Assembly: GCA_964057225.1 (NCBI GenBank)
Contig: OZ059898.1
Location: 11,842,001-11,906,000, forward strand
DNA from: Auanema rhodensis
Lineage: Eukaryota; Animalia; Nematoda
DNA: 64,000 bases
Direction: 5' to 3'
Shown one piece after another: positions 32,602 to 45,832 of the stretch; position 1 is the stretch's first letter; each line of letters starts with the position of its first letter. Below the pieces are notes generated by a model that ran no database searches, was not told the origin of the DNA, and saw only the letters and a program-made list of their open reading frames with translations. A program made the position numbers and the translations under genes.

Positions 32602-35600
32602 CGGACTGAAAATAGAGACATGTTATTGACTAATTTATTCTGAGCTGATTCTATTCAGCTTGGATAAAATTCCTCATGCTGATGAATACAGAAATAGAAA
32701 AAATTTAGCCTACCTATCTGCCATATTTGCTCAGAAGAACTGGCCTTCGAGAAATAAACTTTCAGAACGACTACTCAAAGAGTGATTCTAATTGAAAAAG
32801 GTATACAGGGTCGATTAAAGAAAATGATAAGAATTAAAATTATCTCGCTTTATATGTATTACAGTTGAACCACCCCCCCCCCTTTCTCCCTCCATAATCT
32901 CTACCTTTTTCTTTTGAATTATTCATTATCATCTTAATATGTAATCGAGTATTAGAAGAATTTCTGTCATCAGATCTATATTTTTCCTTATAAGATAGTA
33001 TGAGCCTCAAATTTGAACCCATAAAACTAAGGGCGAATACTTGTAAACGCATGAGTCATTTAAACTATGTGAAGATTATCACATTTTCTTTATTTCAAAA
33101 TATATAATTAATTCCAATGAAGGGTTGAAGAATATATAGTTATGTGTCACAAAACAATGAATAATCACATTTTCCTCTATACATATACCCATATATCTAA
33201 CATGAACTATAAATTTCACATGCTGCTATCTAATTATTGCACCATCTGATTCTTTTATGATAAGAGCAGTGGCTACTGCGTTTTCGACAAAAAATTTTAA
33301 TTTTTCACACAATTAAGAACATGATCAGCATTTCTAATTTTACAGGATTTTCAATTTTTATAAATATTTCCAAGGTGATGAATCGGAAAAAAAAAGAAAC
33401 GAATATCTAATACTTTATCAAATGATAAACTTAATCTGCAAATCGGCAACATGTCAAATTGTCAATTCTGCTGCACCAATTCTTCTAATCCATAGATAAT
33501 TCATTTTCAAACCAATTGCAATACAAACAATAATGAGTATATCACAAGTACTATCTCATTTCAATATTATATAATTATAATTTTGTATTTATTCGAATAA
33601 TTTATATAAAAGTATAACTTATAAAAGAAAACATCAAGAGTAATACATTACCTACTGAAGAGCTTGAGTTTGAAACGAACAAACTATTAAAATAACTTTA
33701 GTTTTTTCTGAAACAATATGAGTTCTTTGTAGTTTGTCAACTACAGGAGCAAAAATTATACTGAACATCTAACTATCCAAATGATAAACTTAATCGGCTC
33801 CTGACAATTTTTGAAGTTTTAAAAGTTGTAAACGTGTGCATTTGATGAAAAGATATTTTTATTTTCAGAAACAGAACAGAACGATTGCATTTATCAAGGT
33901 CGGACAAGATTATTAAACATGAAAAGATGATTATTATAGAACAGGCTATCTTTAAATGTTTTCTTTTCTTTTTATAAACTGGGATAAGTGGGTATAGTTG
34001 TGGTATATCATTTAACGATAACATCCAAAATAACATTCAAACGGTATGTGAAATTGTTGCACAATATTTTATGATTTTCATGTACAAATACACGTCGAAA
34101 GTTCTCGATTCGATTATGTATAGCTTAGCTGATTCATCAAATAAACGAATCAAATCAAAAATTACTTTCTTTTTTTAATTCACAATGTAGATGATATAGT
34201 AGTTTGGATATTAAAGTTTATTTGAGATCAGAATTATATAGATTAGTAGTTCTTTTATCGCATGACGAATTTCAGTTTACCCAATTAAGCTAGCAACTAG
34301 TTTATATTAAATTTGCCGAGTTCAGGAAACACCTATTGTACTATCGTTGGCAATCAAGATATATTTACCGATTTATTTGATTTTCTGGCTCCTTAACGAC
34401 TTCTAACCTTACCGTTTTCACTTTTGTACTGTATTTTCATTGTGTTATTTAAATATAATTTGTTAATATTTGTGATTCGGATTAAAAGAACTGTTAAAAT
34501 TAGTTTTTTTCCAATAAAATGCCACTCAGTACCTGCCTTTTTTTATGGTTTTTCTCACTATTTATACTCCGATTTCGGAATTTATGGTCAGTCAATATGC
34601 TGCCAACCTTTCTTCATTATTTTTTCATTTTTATGAACACAAATGGGATAATACATTTTTGAATTTTTCATCATTATTTCAGTTTACTAGTTTCATGGTC
34701 TGAAACCTTTTTTTTTAATTTTTACAGTTTTTTGAGAGGACAATTGTCAGAATAACCTGATTCTTTACCCTGAAATCCCTTTTAACAATCTATGAACAAT
34801 AACCAGTCCTCATTGATTCACCTGATTCTATATAATAGAAAACTATCTTCATTAAATATGTTTTTCATTCGTTTGACTGTCAGAACTGTTACCTTGGCTG
34901 AACCGTCGTCGATGTATTCTGAATAGATTATGATGTTTTATACATTTTGTATTTCCTCTCCCCCCTTCCCCTACTTTTTTTAAAAATGATATTTAATTAT
35001 ATTTATATGAATTACACATATCTTAAAATATTTCTATAATAAGAACGCTTATCAGGCAGATAGATACTCAATCAAAATTCAAAGTAGCTGCACATATAGT
35101 CAAACTTTGCCTTATCAGTATTAAATTATCAATATTTATCTAATTGCAAATAAAAAGGAATTTTTATATTTTTTTACAAACTTCAATCTTTTTTATGATT
35201 CACATCATTTCCTAATGATGTCAATTATATTCTCGTTATCAAACAACTATGATCTCCATAAAAGGAAGTGTTCAGCCTCATTTGATGATCTTTCTCAAAT
35301 CAAATTAATATTGCTGATTCTAGAATATTTCTGTTTCTACCTTTTTTATAACTTTGTATGTATATATTTTATCTTTATTGATTTGTTGAATTCATCATAC
35401 CCTCTATGAAAAGCCATGAAAATAACTTTGCTGATCTTGTATACACAATACCTCTATTCTAGTTTTCAATATCTTGTTTGCACAACTTAAGTGCTAAGTT
35501 TTTAAACATTCCAAGTCTTCTCAAAAACTTTTGTCATAATTTACTTTCCTTGACAACTCATTATCACACATCATTTGGTGAAGATTAGAGTCATATAATC

Positions 35601-35656
35601 TTTTATAATGTTGTGTTAATCCTTGAAATTCAATGAAAATTCATATATTTTTCAGA

Positions 35657-35877
35657 ATGAACGTTACGTCTCTGTTTCTGACCTTCGTTATGGTCTTAGC
35701 TATGTGCGTTGCTCAAGTGGTAAGCTCATTAAATCAAGTTTATTCATTGCATCATAATATTTGAAGGCCACCTTCAACGTTCCTCCAACAGGAATGTGCT
35801 TCGTTGGATCTGGTGGAGACTGTTACAGATGCGATTGTGCCAAGCCACTGTCCTGCTACAAGGGAAGCTGCCGTTAA
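35657..35877 (+). CDS. Small secreted six-cysteine peptide (57 aa)
   Basis: TTTTCAG acceptor 1 nt before the ATG; exon 35657-35719 (MNVTSLFLTFVMVLAMCVAQV), 47-nt GT-AG intron, exon 35767-35877 (ATFNVPPTGMCFVGSGGDCYRCDCAKPLSCYKGSCR*); AATAAA at 35947-35952; GC-richer than flanks. Confidence 0.88.
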
Positions 35878-36433
35878 ATTCAATTAATGATTGAAGCCCT
35901 TATTGGACCGACCAACATGCTTGTCCTTGTATACTCTCAGGATACCAATAAAAACCCAAACTAAAAGCATATTTGTATCTATTATCTCTTTCAAACATTA
36001 GAAAAAAAGATTGTTTCCCAATTTCTCTTTGATATGATACTGTTGGACAGTGTTCCATTAGTCATAAACAATAGCAACACCGTTAATCACCAGTCAGACA
36101 CGGTTATGACCAATAACATAATAGATAAAAGAAACAATCACAGAAATTTGTCATTTGCTCTCCATATACCAACCAGCTAATGTTTATTTCTCATGACATA
36201 CAAGGCAACACATATTCAATCATAGCTTTTTATTCATTTGAAATTTTATATAACATATCAACAGGAGTTAAATACAATAGCATAGCACATTGGCTGAAAA
36301 GGACACTAATTATTAGACCAGTATTGAATTATTAGCTTTGGAAACGAAAGACGAGAGCTGTTCAATGAAACTTACAACGTACAAGAACAGTAGACTACAT
36401 TTCTTAAACAAAATAAACATCAAACATACAAAA

Positions 36434-39400
36434 TTATACACCATTTTGTTCTTCATATGCTTCTTCCATGAAATCAATTTGAGATTCTTCAAGATATTGC
36501 TCAGCAATTTCTCCTTCAGTAATATACTGCAACATATATAAAATTGAAAATTAAACTAAATTAAGAAAGATAGACCTGAACACTTTCATCCTCATATATT
36601 TCTTCATATTGTCCAACGTCTTCCGAATAGGCAATCTGTTCGTCATCGATCTGAAAAATAAGAACATAAATGATATTATTAATAACGAAAAAATATTTAC
36701 ATGTTGTTCATTTGAAGTAGAAGCTTGAGGTATCCCCTGAGTGTATTCTGCCTTAATTTGCACATCTTCATTCTTTCTTTGACGATCGAAGTCATTCTTC
36801 CTTTCAATCTCTGCTAATTCCTCGTCTTCCTCCATTTCTCCGAATGGATCATTCTCATCGAAATCATCTTCAGCAGGTATTGGAGGCTGAAAACACAGTT
36901 AAATTAATAAATCGAGCAAGCAAAACACAAACCCGAGCAGATGTCTGAGGAAGAATGTTCTCTCCTTCGTCCAAAGATGTAGCGAGATCACGAGCAGTTT
37001 CTGGATCGATTTCCTCATCTTCACCCAACAATATATATACAGGTTCTCCATCAGCACCATACATGGTTTGAATCTAAGCAAACTAATTACCAATCAAAAC
37101 TAATTAAAACCAAACCTTGGAGAAATCAACATTATATTCACTCTTGAACCTTTGAATCATCTCTGGATCATCTATAACTTCTCCAAGTTGGGCATCTGTC
37201 CTACGTTGAGTGCTGGACGCAGCAGCCTTAGAAGACTAAAAAAACAGTACAAAAAATGGGTAAACTAAACGAACTCTGCTGTTTCCAGTGTATTCAGGCA
37301 TCATTTCCGGATGTTTGGATTTCAAATGCCTTATTCCTCGGCACATGTTGTAAGGCTTATGTAGTGCATATGTCAAATTACAGATGAGGCACTCCACCAG
37401 TTGGGCATGTACGAATTCCATGCAACCATCAGAAACTCTTTCTAACCTGGCTTTGCATAATTCATATTGCATATTTTCCATTTCCCCAGGATGATGTTGT
37501 TTATAATGTTTGATGGCACCTATAATAACGGCATATCAGAAAACGCTAAATATTCTAAACAAACCAGCCGAGATTACTGCTCCAAAAATATTACCCTGGC
37601 ACAGTTTACATCTCCATTGACATTCCGAAACAGCTTCAACGTACATAGAATTAGTTGGTACAGCTTGTCTAAATGAATGACACTAGAAGAAAAATTTCAT
37701 ATCACAAAGAATTACCTGAAGCAAGGCTGAACAAAACTTCTCTTCGGCTTACTACGCCTGCCGAATTGCATTCGACTATTGGTATACGACTAAACTTGAT
37801 ATCATAAAAAAAAAAAAAAAAAACAAGAAAACATACATCTTTAAAATTCGCTGGATTTGGTTCATCAATATCTTCTTCACCGTTATGCTCATTATTACCA
37901 GCAAGTTGTAACTTTTGCATTCTACGACCAATAGCCTAAATTTAAAAGAAATATAAGAAATAGAATAGAACAACTCACTTTATCTAGTATAGCTTCTGAG
38001 CTATAAGTCTGTTCAAATTTATGGCATTTTACGTGAAACTCATCTGGTAAAACAACTTCAAAATCTTCTCCATACTTTTCTAATAATCGAGCGTTAATAA
38101 CAAGCTCCTAGAAGTAAAATGGTAAAATTATGAAAATAAAACAAACAACAATATACCTGAAGACATAAGAGACATTTTGGAACCTCGATTTCGTCAGGAT
38201 GAACTTCAGTGAAATGCATCGCCAGAGCATTTTTGTCCATGAACATACCACACCAAATGCATTGAAGATTATCGGAACTTTCAAGACTAACATCAATAAC
38301 AGCAAAATCCTAGAAAACAGTACAACGTTCAATTTAATTTACTTTTTGAAAATATTACTTGAATGGATAATGGCTTTCCACATCCAGGCTGAGTTTGTCG
38401 ATTTTGCCAAGTTCCCGCACAGCGATGAGCCGAGGGATGCCAAGCATTAAAATGTCTTACTAAGTGAACGATTTCAAACTTTTTGTTCAAAGAGACAACA
38501 GCGTTACAGATTCCGCAACGAGCATGTTGTTTATCAACAAGGGAAACAGGAACCTATAAGAGCTCAGTAAACATTGCATTTCAGGTATAAAGATTCATAC
38601 TTTTCTCCCCATTTTCTCAACCATTTTTTTCTTTAAAGCTATTTCAAGCTGACCGAGAGTCATTTCAACTGGGTTTACACGAATTTGACTAACTTTCCGT
38701 AAAGGTCTCTGACCTCTCACTCTCATCATTTCATCAGTGGGTAAAGCATCGAAAGTTCTATAGAAAATACAATTAGATATGTGATATATAAAAGTATTAA
38801 GCACCTGAATCCACTTTCCATATTTTTCTTTTCCATATATAATTTATCTCTCAACCATGTTTCATAAGGAATTTCTTCTAGGTTCATAGTACCATCGCCT
38901 AATACCTATAAAACATATTGTATACATTAGATTTGACATAACAAAACATTACCTCAGGGTGCATATTTGGCAAATGAACTGACATTAAACTATCATAAGG
39001 TACGATCTCTCCACAGAGGCCGCAGCAAATATTTTTACTATCTAAGAAATTGAATTCAACCGTTCTGAGATCTTCACCAGAAGCTTCCACAACCATTTGA
39101 ACTTCTTCTCCATTAGCATCATAATAGATTTCAGTTCCTGAAAATATCTTTATTGCTAAAAACTGAAAAAAAGAATTCATACCGTCCACTCCTCTTGATA
39201 CATGAACATACTGCTGGGTACCTCCAGGAGATTGCACTCTAACCATATTCTCAGGATCTAAGTACATCTGAAGGCAATTTTGTAAAAAAACTAATGATAG
39301 CAGTCAAAACCTCGGGAGGCCTTCGCCTTTCCTGAGGACCAAGCTCAGGAACAAGTCTAGGTGGTGCGTCATCGTCTTCTTCCTAAATAACAAGCCAAGT

Positions 39401-41014
39401 TATATCCATTACATCTAGAATTAAATAAATACCTCTTGTGGTTGTTCATTAGCAGCTTCTTGTTTATTAGTAGCTTCAATATTAGGTGGAGATTCCTGTT
39501 GTAATATGCCTGTGCCCTGTTCATCCATTTGAACCTCTTGCTCTTCTAATATATTTGAATATTACACTAATCAAGAGAAATAATTGTACACCTATAACTT
39601 CAATCCCTTCGGGAATTTCAGAATATTCCACTTCCTCTACGAAGTCTTCATCCCCCATTTCATACATCAATTCTCTACCACTCTCATCGATAACTGTATA
39701 TGTTCTACCCTACAAACATGATTCATTAAATAGAAATTTAACAACTTATCCTACCTTTTTCGGACTGATTATCTCTTCTTGAACTTCATCTGAATTTATG
39801 TTAAGTATTTCCTCAGGCTCTTCCGGAGGAGTACGATAGGGAGGCTGCTGAAGAAAGTTATATTAAACTACAAAAAATATATGTTTATAATTTACAGTAG
39901 GATTTTTTCTGAAATCAGTCCTCATGCGAGTGGATGTCAACATCACTGGCCTGGCTCTATCTTTTGGGCGATGTTCTTCTGGTAAATCTGACCCCGGTTT
40001 CTGAGTCTATAATAACATATTTTCAATGTATTTATTCTGCATGCCCACCTCAATTTCCTCTAGAATAACTTTGGAAGTACTTGGTACATTTCCATCATTT
40101 TTAGCGACAAATGTCTCAGACTCTCCTTCTTTAATAACAAACTGTTCTTCCTCTTGCAAAGGTAAGGCACTTTCCTCTTCAACTGCTGACAAATTTGGGA
40201 AGTGTGATTCCTTAATGATTGCACTCCTAACAAGGATACTCCCCTTTATAACTTACCTCAACATCCTCCATTGCAACTTTGTCCTCTTTCGATCCTCTGG
40301 TAAGAGAACTCTCAGAAAGGCTCGATCTTGTTCTCTGTCTACCAACGGTTTTTCCAGTATCATTATCCTAAGAGAACAAAACAGCTTAATATATTGAAAA
40401 TAATTAGTAACCATCTGGCTTTCCATCAACTTCCTACTAGGAACACGTTTCCTAGCACTCCGAGATAATGCGGGACTCTCAACGTCAGATTCCGCTGATT
40501 GTACTTCTTTAGGTTGAGAACTAACATCTTCGAATACTTGTGGTTTTTTATATTCATCCTAAACGAATAAATTAAACGGAAAATAAAACAAAAATCATAC
40601 AGTTTGAAGACGCCTTCTCTTCCTAGCTTGAGGACTGCTTTGCGTTATCTCGGCCTGAGATGAAGTGGCAGAAGACTGTGATGCTCGGGAAACGCGCCCT
40701 AATCAGAATAACATATTTACTTACATATTAAATTAAGCACACCTCGTTTTCTAATAGTTTGTGTCTCGTCAGTTGATTCAATAGATTTATCTTCATCTCT
40801 AACTTCTAGTTTCTTATCAGTTTGAAGTTTGAGGTAAGGTTTTATTGGACTTTGCCTAGTAGATCTCCGCGGCGAGCCTATTGAATTAAAACTGAGAATG
40901 CTAATTTAGAATTTATTAAAATTTTTTCCCATTCCTAGAGAAGCAAAAGCTCCTTGTTTTTCGTAACGTGCGTTGTATAAGTAATAAAATACCTTTATTA
41001 GACCGAGTGGACAT
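36434..41014 (-). CDS. Multi-zinc-finger protein (atypical C2H2/BED-like fingers) with acidic disordered termini
   Basis: Spliced from MSTRSNKGSPRRSTRQ (ATG 41014) to ...EEAYEEQNGV* (36434). Fingers: CCGLCGEIVPYDSLMSVHLPNMHP, RCGICNAVVSLNKKFEIVHLVRHFNAWHP, QCIWCGMFMDKNALAMHFTEVHP, RCKLCQGNIFGAVISAGAIKHYKQHHP, ECLICNLTYALHKPYNMCRGIRHLKSKHP. Confidence 0.85.
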
Positions 41015-41039
41015 CTTGAAATTTAAAAATATTAGTCTG

Positions 41040-41156
41040 GCGCTACTTGGATGGTCTCGCAGAGAATTAGTTTCGGGGTAAGACGCGTCGAAACACCAGT
41101 CGATAAGCCCCGCCTACGGCGAAGCAACGCGCTGCGTACGCTGAAATGGCGCGAAT
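41040..41156 (-). promoter_or_regulatory. GC-rich promoter with an E2F/DREAM-type site
   Basis: CG-rich block immediately upstream of ATG 41014; GGCGCGAA at 41148-41155 reads TTCGCGCC on the minus strand (EFL-1/E2F consensus). Confidence 0.55.
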
Positions 41157-41590
41157 ATATAAAATTTAAATTTTGTTAGTCCAATACATTTGTTAACTTA
41201 AAATTGGAAGAGGCGCTAATTTTCTTTCCATATTCTAAAAAAGGAAGTATCGATTTAAATTAAATTACGTATTCTTGTAGAGTTTTTGATGTGTGTATTA
41301 ATCAAGAGTGTTTTGATCATATGATTTCATGATTTTATCAATGTTTGATAATTATCTTATAGAACGTTATTATTATATTAATATCTACCAAAATTATTCA
41401 TTTCATAATGACAATTATAATAATGATTCATATAATATCTACCTGAAGTTTCATGACTTTAGCATAAATAATATGATTAAATACAAACAAAAAATGTACA
41501 AATTCTATATACAATATTGCTACCCGCTGTCGAGATTTGGTATATCATACAATGTCGCATACAAGCACCTATTTCTAGCGAGTTTAAAGC

Positions 41591-44500
41591 TTAAACTCGT
41601 AGACTATCAGCATGGGGTGAATTGATTGCATCACATATGTGTTTGTCAAGAGGAACTGGTGAACACATCCTAATATAAAAATCTAAGTCGTATGCGTAAG
41701 GCCCGTACCAATATCGTCTATTGATTTCTTTGATCATTCTGAAAAATGAACGGGTTATTACAGAATAGAAAATTGCGAAAATTTCTATATACAACCGTGA
41801 TGCTGTAACAAAAGTTTGAAATAGAATTATTTTGCGTCTCGCATATTTTATCATGTTTATTAATTATGCTTGACGTGCTTGTTTGAAACATACCCCATTA
41901 AAGGTTTCTTGGGCCCTTCCTTGATTACAACACTGAGTCCTGTATCAGCATGGAAATAATCGGGAGTGAAGTTGGAAGTAGCTGAAAAGCAAATGATAAG
42001 TTTCCAATCAAAACTATATTTGCATACATATCAAAAATTCTTTCTCTGTTAAAACAGATTTTCCATGTGATTTACGGTCCATATAGATATTTTGATAAGG
42101 AAATGAATGAAGCTTCTGTAAGAAAATAGTCTTCTTGTTATATTATTATAGTTTCACTAACTATTTCAATATTGGAAGAAGATTTAGCCAGTTTTTTCAA
42201 GTATTTTAATGTTTTGGCTCGATATTGAGAGTGACGAGACATCGTCATGATTCTGACACGAACTCCACGATGGGCTGCGGCTAAGACGGCATCAGTAATT
42301 TCAGGCATTATTCTGTAAATGGCACAAATGTTTGAATATCTCTACATTCAAATATTCATACTTGTTTGATTTTACGAAATGGAAAAATGGAACGAAATCC
42401 ATAACAGAGATGTGAACTTCTTTTTCGGCTTCATTGATAAGTCGTAAAATTTCTCCTAATTCACTGTCACGACCAGGCTCACGCATGATATCAGGGGATA
42501 TCTGTAATGAAAGAAAATTTATCCAAGAGATTGGTTAATATCAAAACATGTTCATTCACTTGCTGATGTTTGAAGCGATTAATTAAAGGGATAGTTTTAT
42601 AGTTTTAAACTTACCGCTGTATGAATATGTGTATCTCCAATGCGCAGTCTGTTTGTATGGCTGTAAGGTACACGACTTTGAAAAACTACTAGACTTCCAC
42701 CAGCTGAGTTCCACATGTTGTTGTAAACCTTAGAAAATATTATTTTAAAATTTTTAAGTTGAAAAACAGTTAAATACTTGTTTTAAGTCGTCAGCAAAAC
42801 AAGGGCAATTCTTAACTAAAACTCCTAGCTCACCCTTCTGAAAAATGTTTTAAACATGATTTTTGTTTTTCACTCAGTGTTAAATACCTGTTGTAATGAT
42901 AAATAATCTAAATTCGCAGAAGTAATCAAGCTATGCAGAGAATCGACTATGATAGCTTTTGAATGTTGAATAACCATAGGCATAGTATCATGGGTACGAC
43001 GCTCAATTGCTCCTAAATCAAAAGCAATTAATATATTCATTATTATAATCATTTACGTGTAAAACATGAAATAAATTCGAACCTAAGCGATGTAATTCCT
43101 CAGCATCTCGATATTTCACGGAATCAACCTCTCCTCCAACATCCACAAGGCGGATTCGAATATCATCTTGAATTCCGCGTTTTTTCAATAATTCGAAAAT
43201 CTCGTTGCCCTATAAAAATTAACTATATAATACATAGTGTAATGAATTTTTGTGGTATTTATAAAGATCAAGTTGAGAAATTCAATCTTAACTACACCCA
43301 CAAGGGGTACGGTAAATGGTTCAGTCACATTACGGTGGTAACAACTGTTGCTGTTCCCTTCAATGATACTGATGTGTTTAAAATCTCAATAACCTATTCT
43401 AAGCACAGATATACAAAACAGGAAAACAATAAACAGATACAAAGTACTATATATTTTAATTAATGTAGTTTATGCGTTGTGCACGTCATAGCACAATGTC
43501 TGGATAGATAACACGAACTTTAGGATTTCACAATACTTCTTTTTTAAAAGTTTAAATTAGTTCTTTAAAATATCATTGTTATTACTTAGATTTTTTTAGA
43601 ATAAAAGTACATACATTATTGATGTATAATTTAAATATTTAACCGTAAATGAACACATGAACTTTTCTGTATTTTTGACTGTAAAATGTCGTTGATTTCT
43701 AAACAAACAACTGAACTGATCAAAGATGTACAGCTGGGCAATAGCATTTCACACATTACTTGTAAGTACATCTCAAGTTAATTTTATGTTGCTGAACTAT
43801 GAACCACTAATCGTTGATAGATCATATGGAATGCATAGAGTTTTCTTCTGCCGGATATTTTCGTAATCCAGTTAGAACACGTGGTTGTTTTGATTGATGA
43901 TCAGAATCCGTAAGGAGATGAAGAACCACTTTACCGTTATAATTAGCATCATCAACTTGTGTGACTTCGCGAATACGTTGGAAGTACGGTAGTAGAACTA
44001 ACCCTCTTAGCATATGTTTTCCTATAATCGTCGGTGTATTCCAAGGCTCGAAGATTGCTCGATGAGTCCATGATCAAAATTTCTGATCGAGCATTTCCAA
44101 ATAATTCTGTGAAAACAGAGTAGCTATTGTTCAGCTTAAGCTGAGAATAGTCAAACGGAAGAGCTTCTGGATAGTCTTCGGTTAGCTGGATACTGTAAGA
44201 GAAAAAACCAAAATGAGCAAAAAAAAAGAAAAGTAAAGTAAAAGAAGGTAAGAAAACGGATAATAGAAATAATACGCTACCTGCACGTTTTAGAGCACTT
44301 TGACTCTACAGTAATGAAATTCTTTTTTTCATCCACATTGATGATTTTATCTTGCTTAATATGTGGAACAGCATATAAAACTCCAATAATCATCGAAGTT
44401 ACAATGCTGACCAGTAGTATTAAGACTGATAATAGTTCACTAAAATATAACCATCTTAATCAAAACGTATTTGAAAATATTTTTTTATGTTTAAAATTAT

Positions 44501-44898
44501 TATTAGGGTAATTTATAATTAAGAAGAATGGACTTTGTCCCAATATTTTACACTTATATCGTCTCTCTAATCCTCATCTAGACCTGAATCGTCATGAGCA
44601 TATTGCTCAGATGTTCTTCATTCACATTTTTTTTCTATATCTCGAACATATATTTACATATATAGTTATTATCAAATTCAGCTTTATGCTCATATCATCA
44701 CAAGTATAATTATGTTTATGCACAAGAGATTTTTTGTTACAAATTTAAAATAAATAAAAATTGAAAAGAAATTCCAGCGAAGCCGTTCTGTCGGTCCTGC
44801 TTTTGTGGATTTTTTCTGAAAAATTTGACGCAAACAAACCTTGATTGCCGCTTAAGGGATGAGCCAGATGAAGAACGCAGATCGGAAAGCAGCATCAT
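41591..44898 (-). CDS. PLD3/PLD4-family phospholipase D-like protein, type II membrane
   Basis: Exons from MMLLSDLRSSSG (44898-44840); TM LLSVLILLVSIVTSMIIGVLYAV; CSKTCSIQLTEDYPE; first motif IQHSKAIIVD...ITSANLD; RDSELGEILRLINEAEKEVHISVMDF; AAAHRGVRVR; second motif SHGKSVLTE...TSNFTPDYF; stop at 41591. Confidence 0.92.
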
Positions 44899-44954
44899 GA
44901 TGATTCTAAAATTTGATTTGCGCACACATACGCGAACCCCTTAAAAGGAGAAAT

Positions 44955-45410
44955 GGCTGTGGGGCGGGCCGGAAGACTGGGTACCTGTGACGGCATCTAA
45001 TCATCTTCAGATTCACCAACTATCACAAACTACTTTGTGATAGATAATTACTAATGAAGAGACGACTTCATGTCATATTAGGAAATAGTGCTCGATTCTA
45101 AGAGATCGTGTCGCCATGGAAGTGTAAAAACGAAGATCACTCGACCAGATGATGACTAGGACGAAAGCGACACGGTTCGTATGAGAGGCGGAGAGAGAAA
45201 AATAACGAGATTCTTCATCAGTGTGCGTATTGCAGATGATAGCTTACAGGTCACATGACGTCATGATGGCAGCTGATGACAAATGACCGTACAACTAAAA
45301 CAAATCCCAGTTTCAACATTAAAGACGTTCTCACGCCCAAAAAGTTCACAACGTTTTCAGAAGTGTTAGCAAAACCGGACGGAAGTGATGCTAAACTTAT
45401 CACGTGTTGT
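44955..45410 (-). promoter_or_regulatory. Upstream region of the PLD3-like gene with GC box, CLEAR/E-box-like and CRE sites
   Basis: GGGGCGGG near 44961, GTCACATGAC 45250-45259 overlapping TGACGTCA 45256-45263, TCACGTG 45400-45406. Confidence 0.45.
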
Positions 45411-45832
45411 TGTGAACGGAAATCTCGATTTCTTTTGTCAATCTACGAGTTCATCTGGATTCGGAACCTCTTTTTCTGGTTGTGAATAATCAAAACAATG
45501 GCACATCAACACAATTTTTTTTAGTTTTACAGTAATCGTATTCTATAGACTACGAAGCTGCCTAGCACCTCGTTTGACCAGTTTAGAAGATACTGTCCAC
45601 ATACATAGACACACATATAGATATGACATCATGAAAACCAGATCATGAGGTCGGGGTAACCACATGTTCTACGATACGCAGTGTATCTAAACGACGTCAC
45701 AATGCCAAGAATGATCTAACTATTAACTATGATTCTGATCTGAAACTGAGACGGTACTTCATTGAAAGTCCTTCACGTTTGGAAAAAATTAATTTATTTG
45801 AACGATTTTATAAGAAAAAGATGCAGACATCT

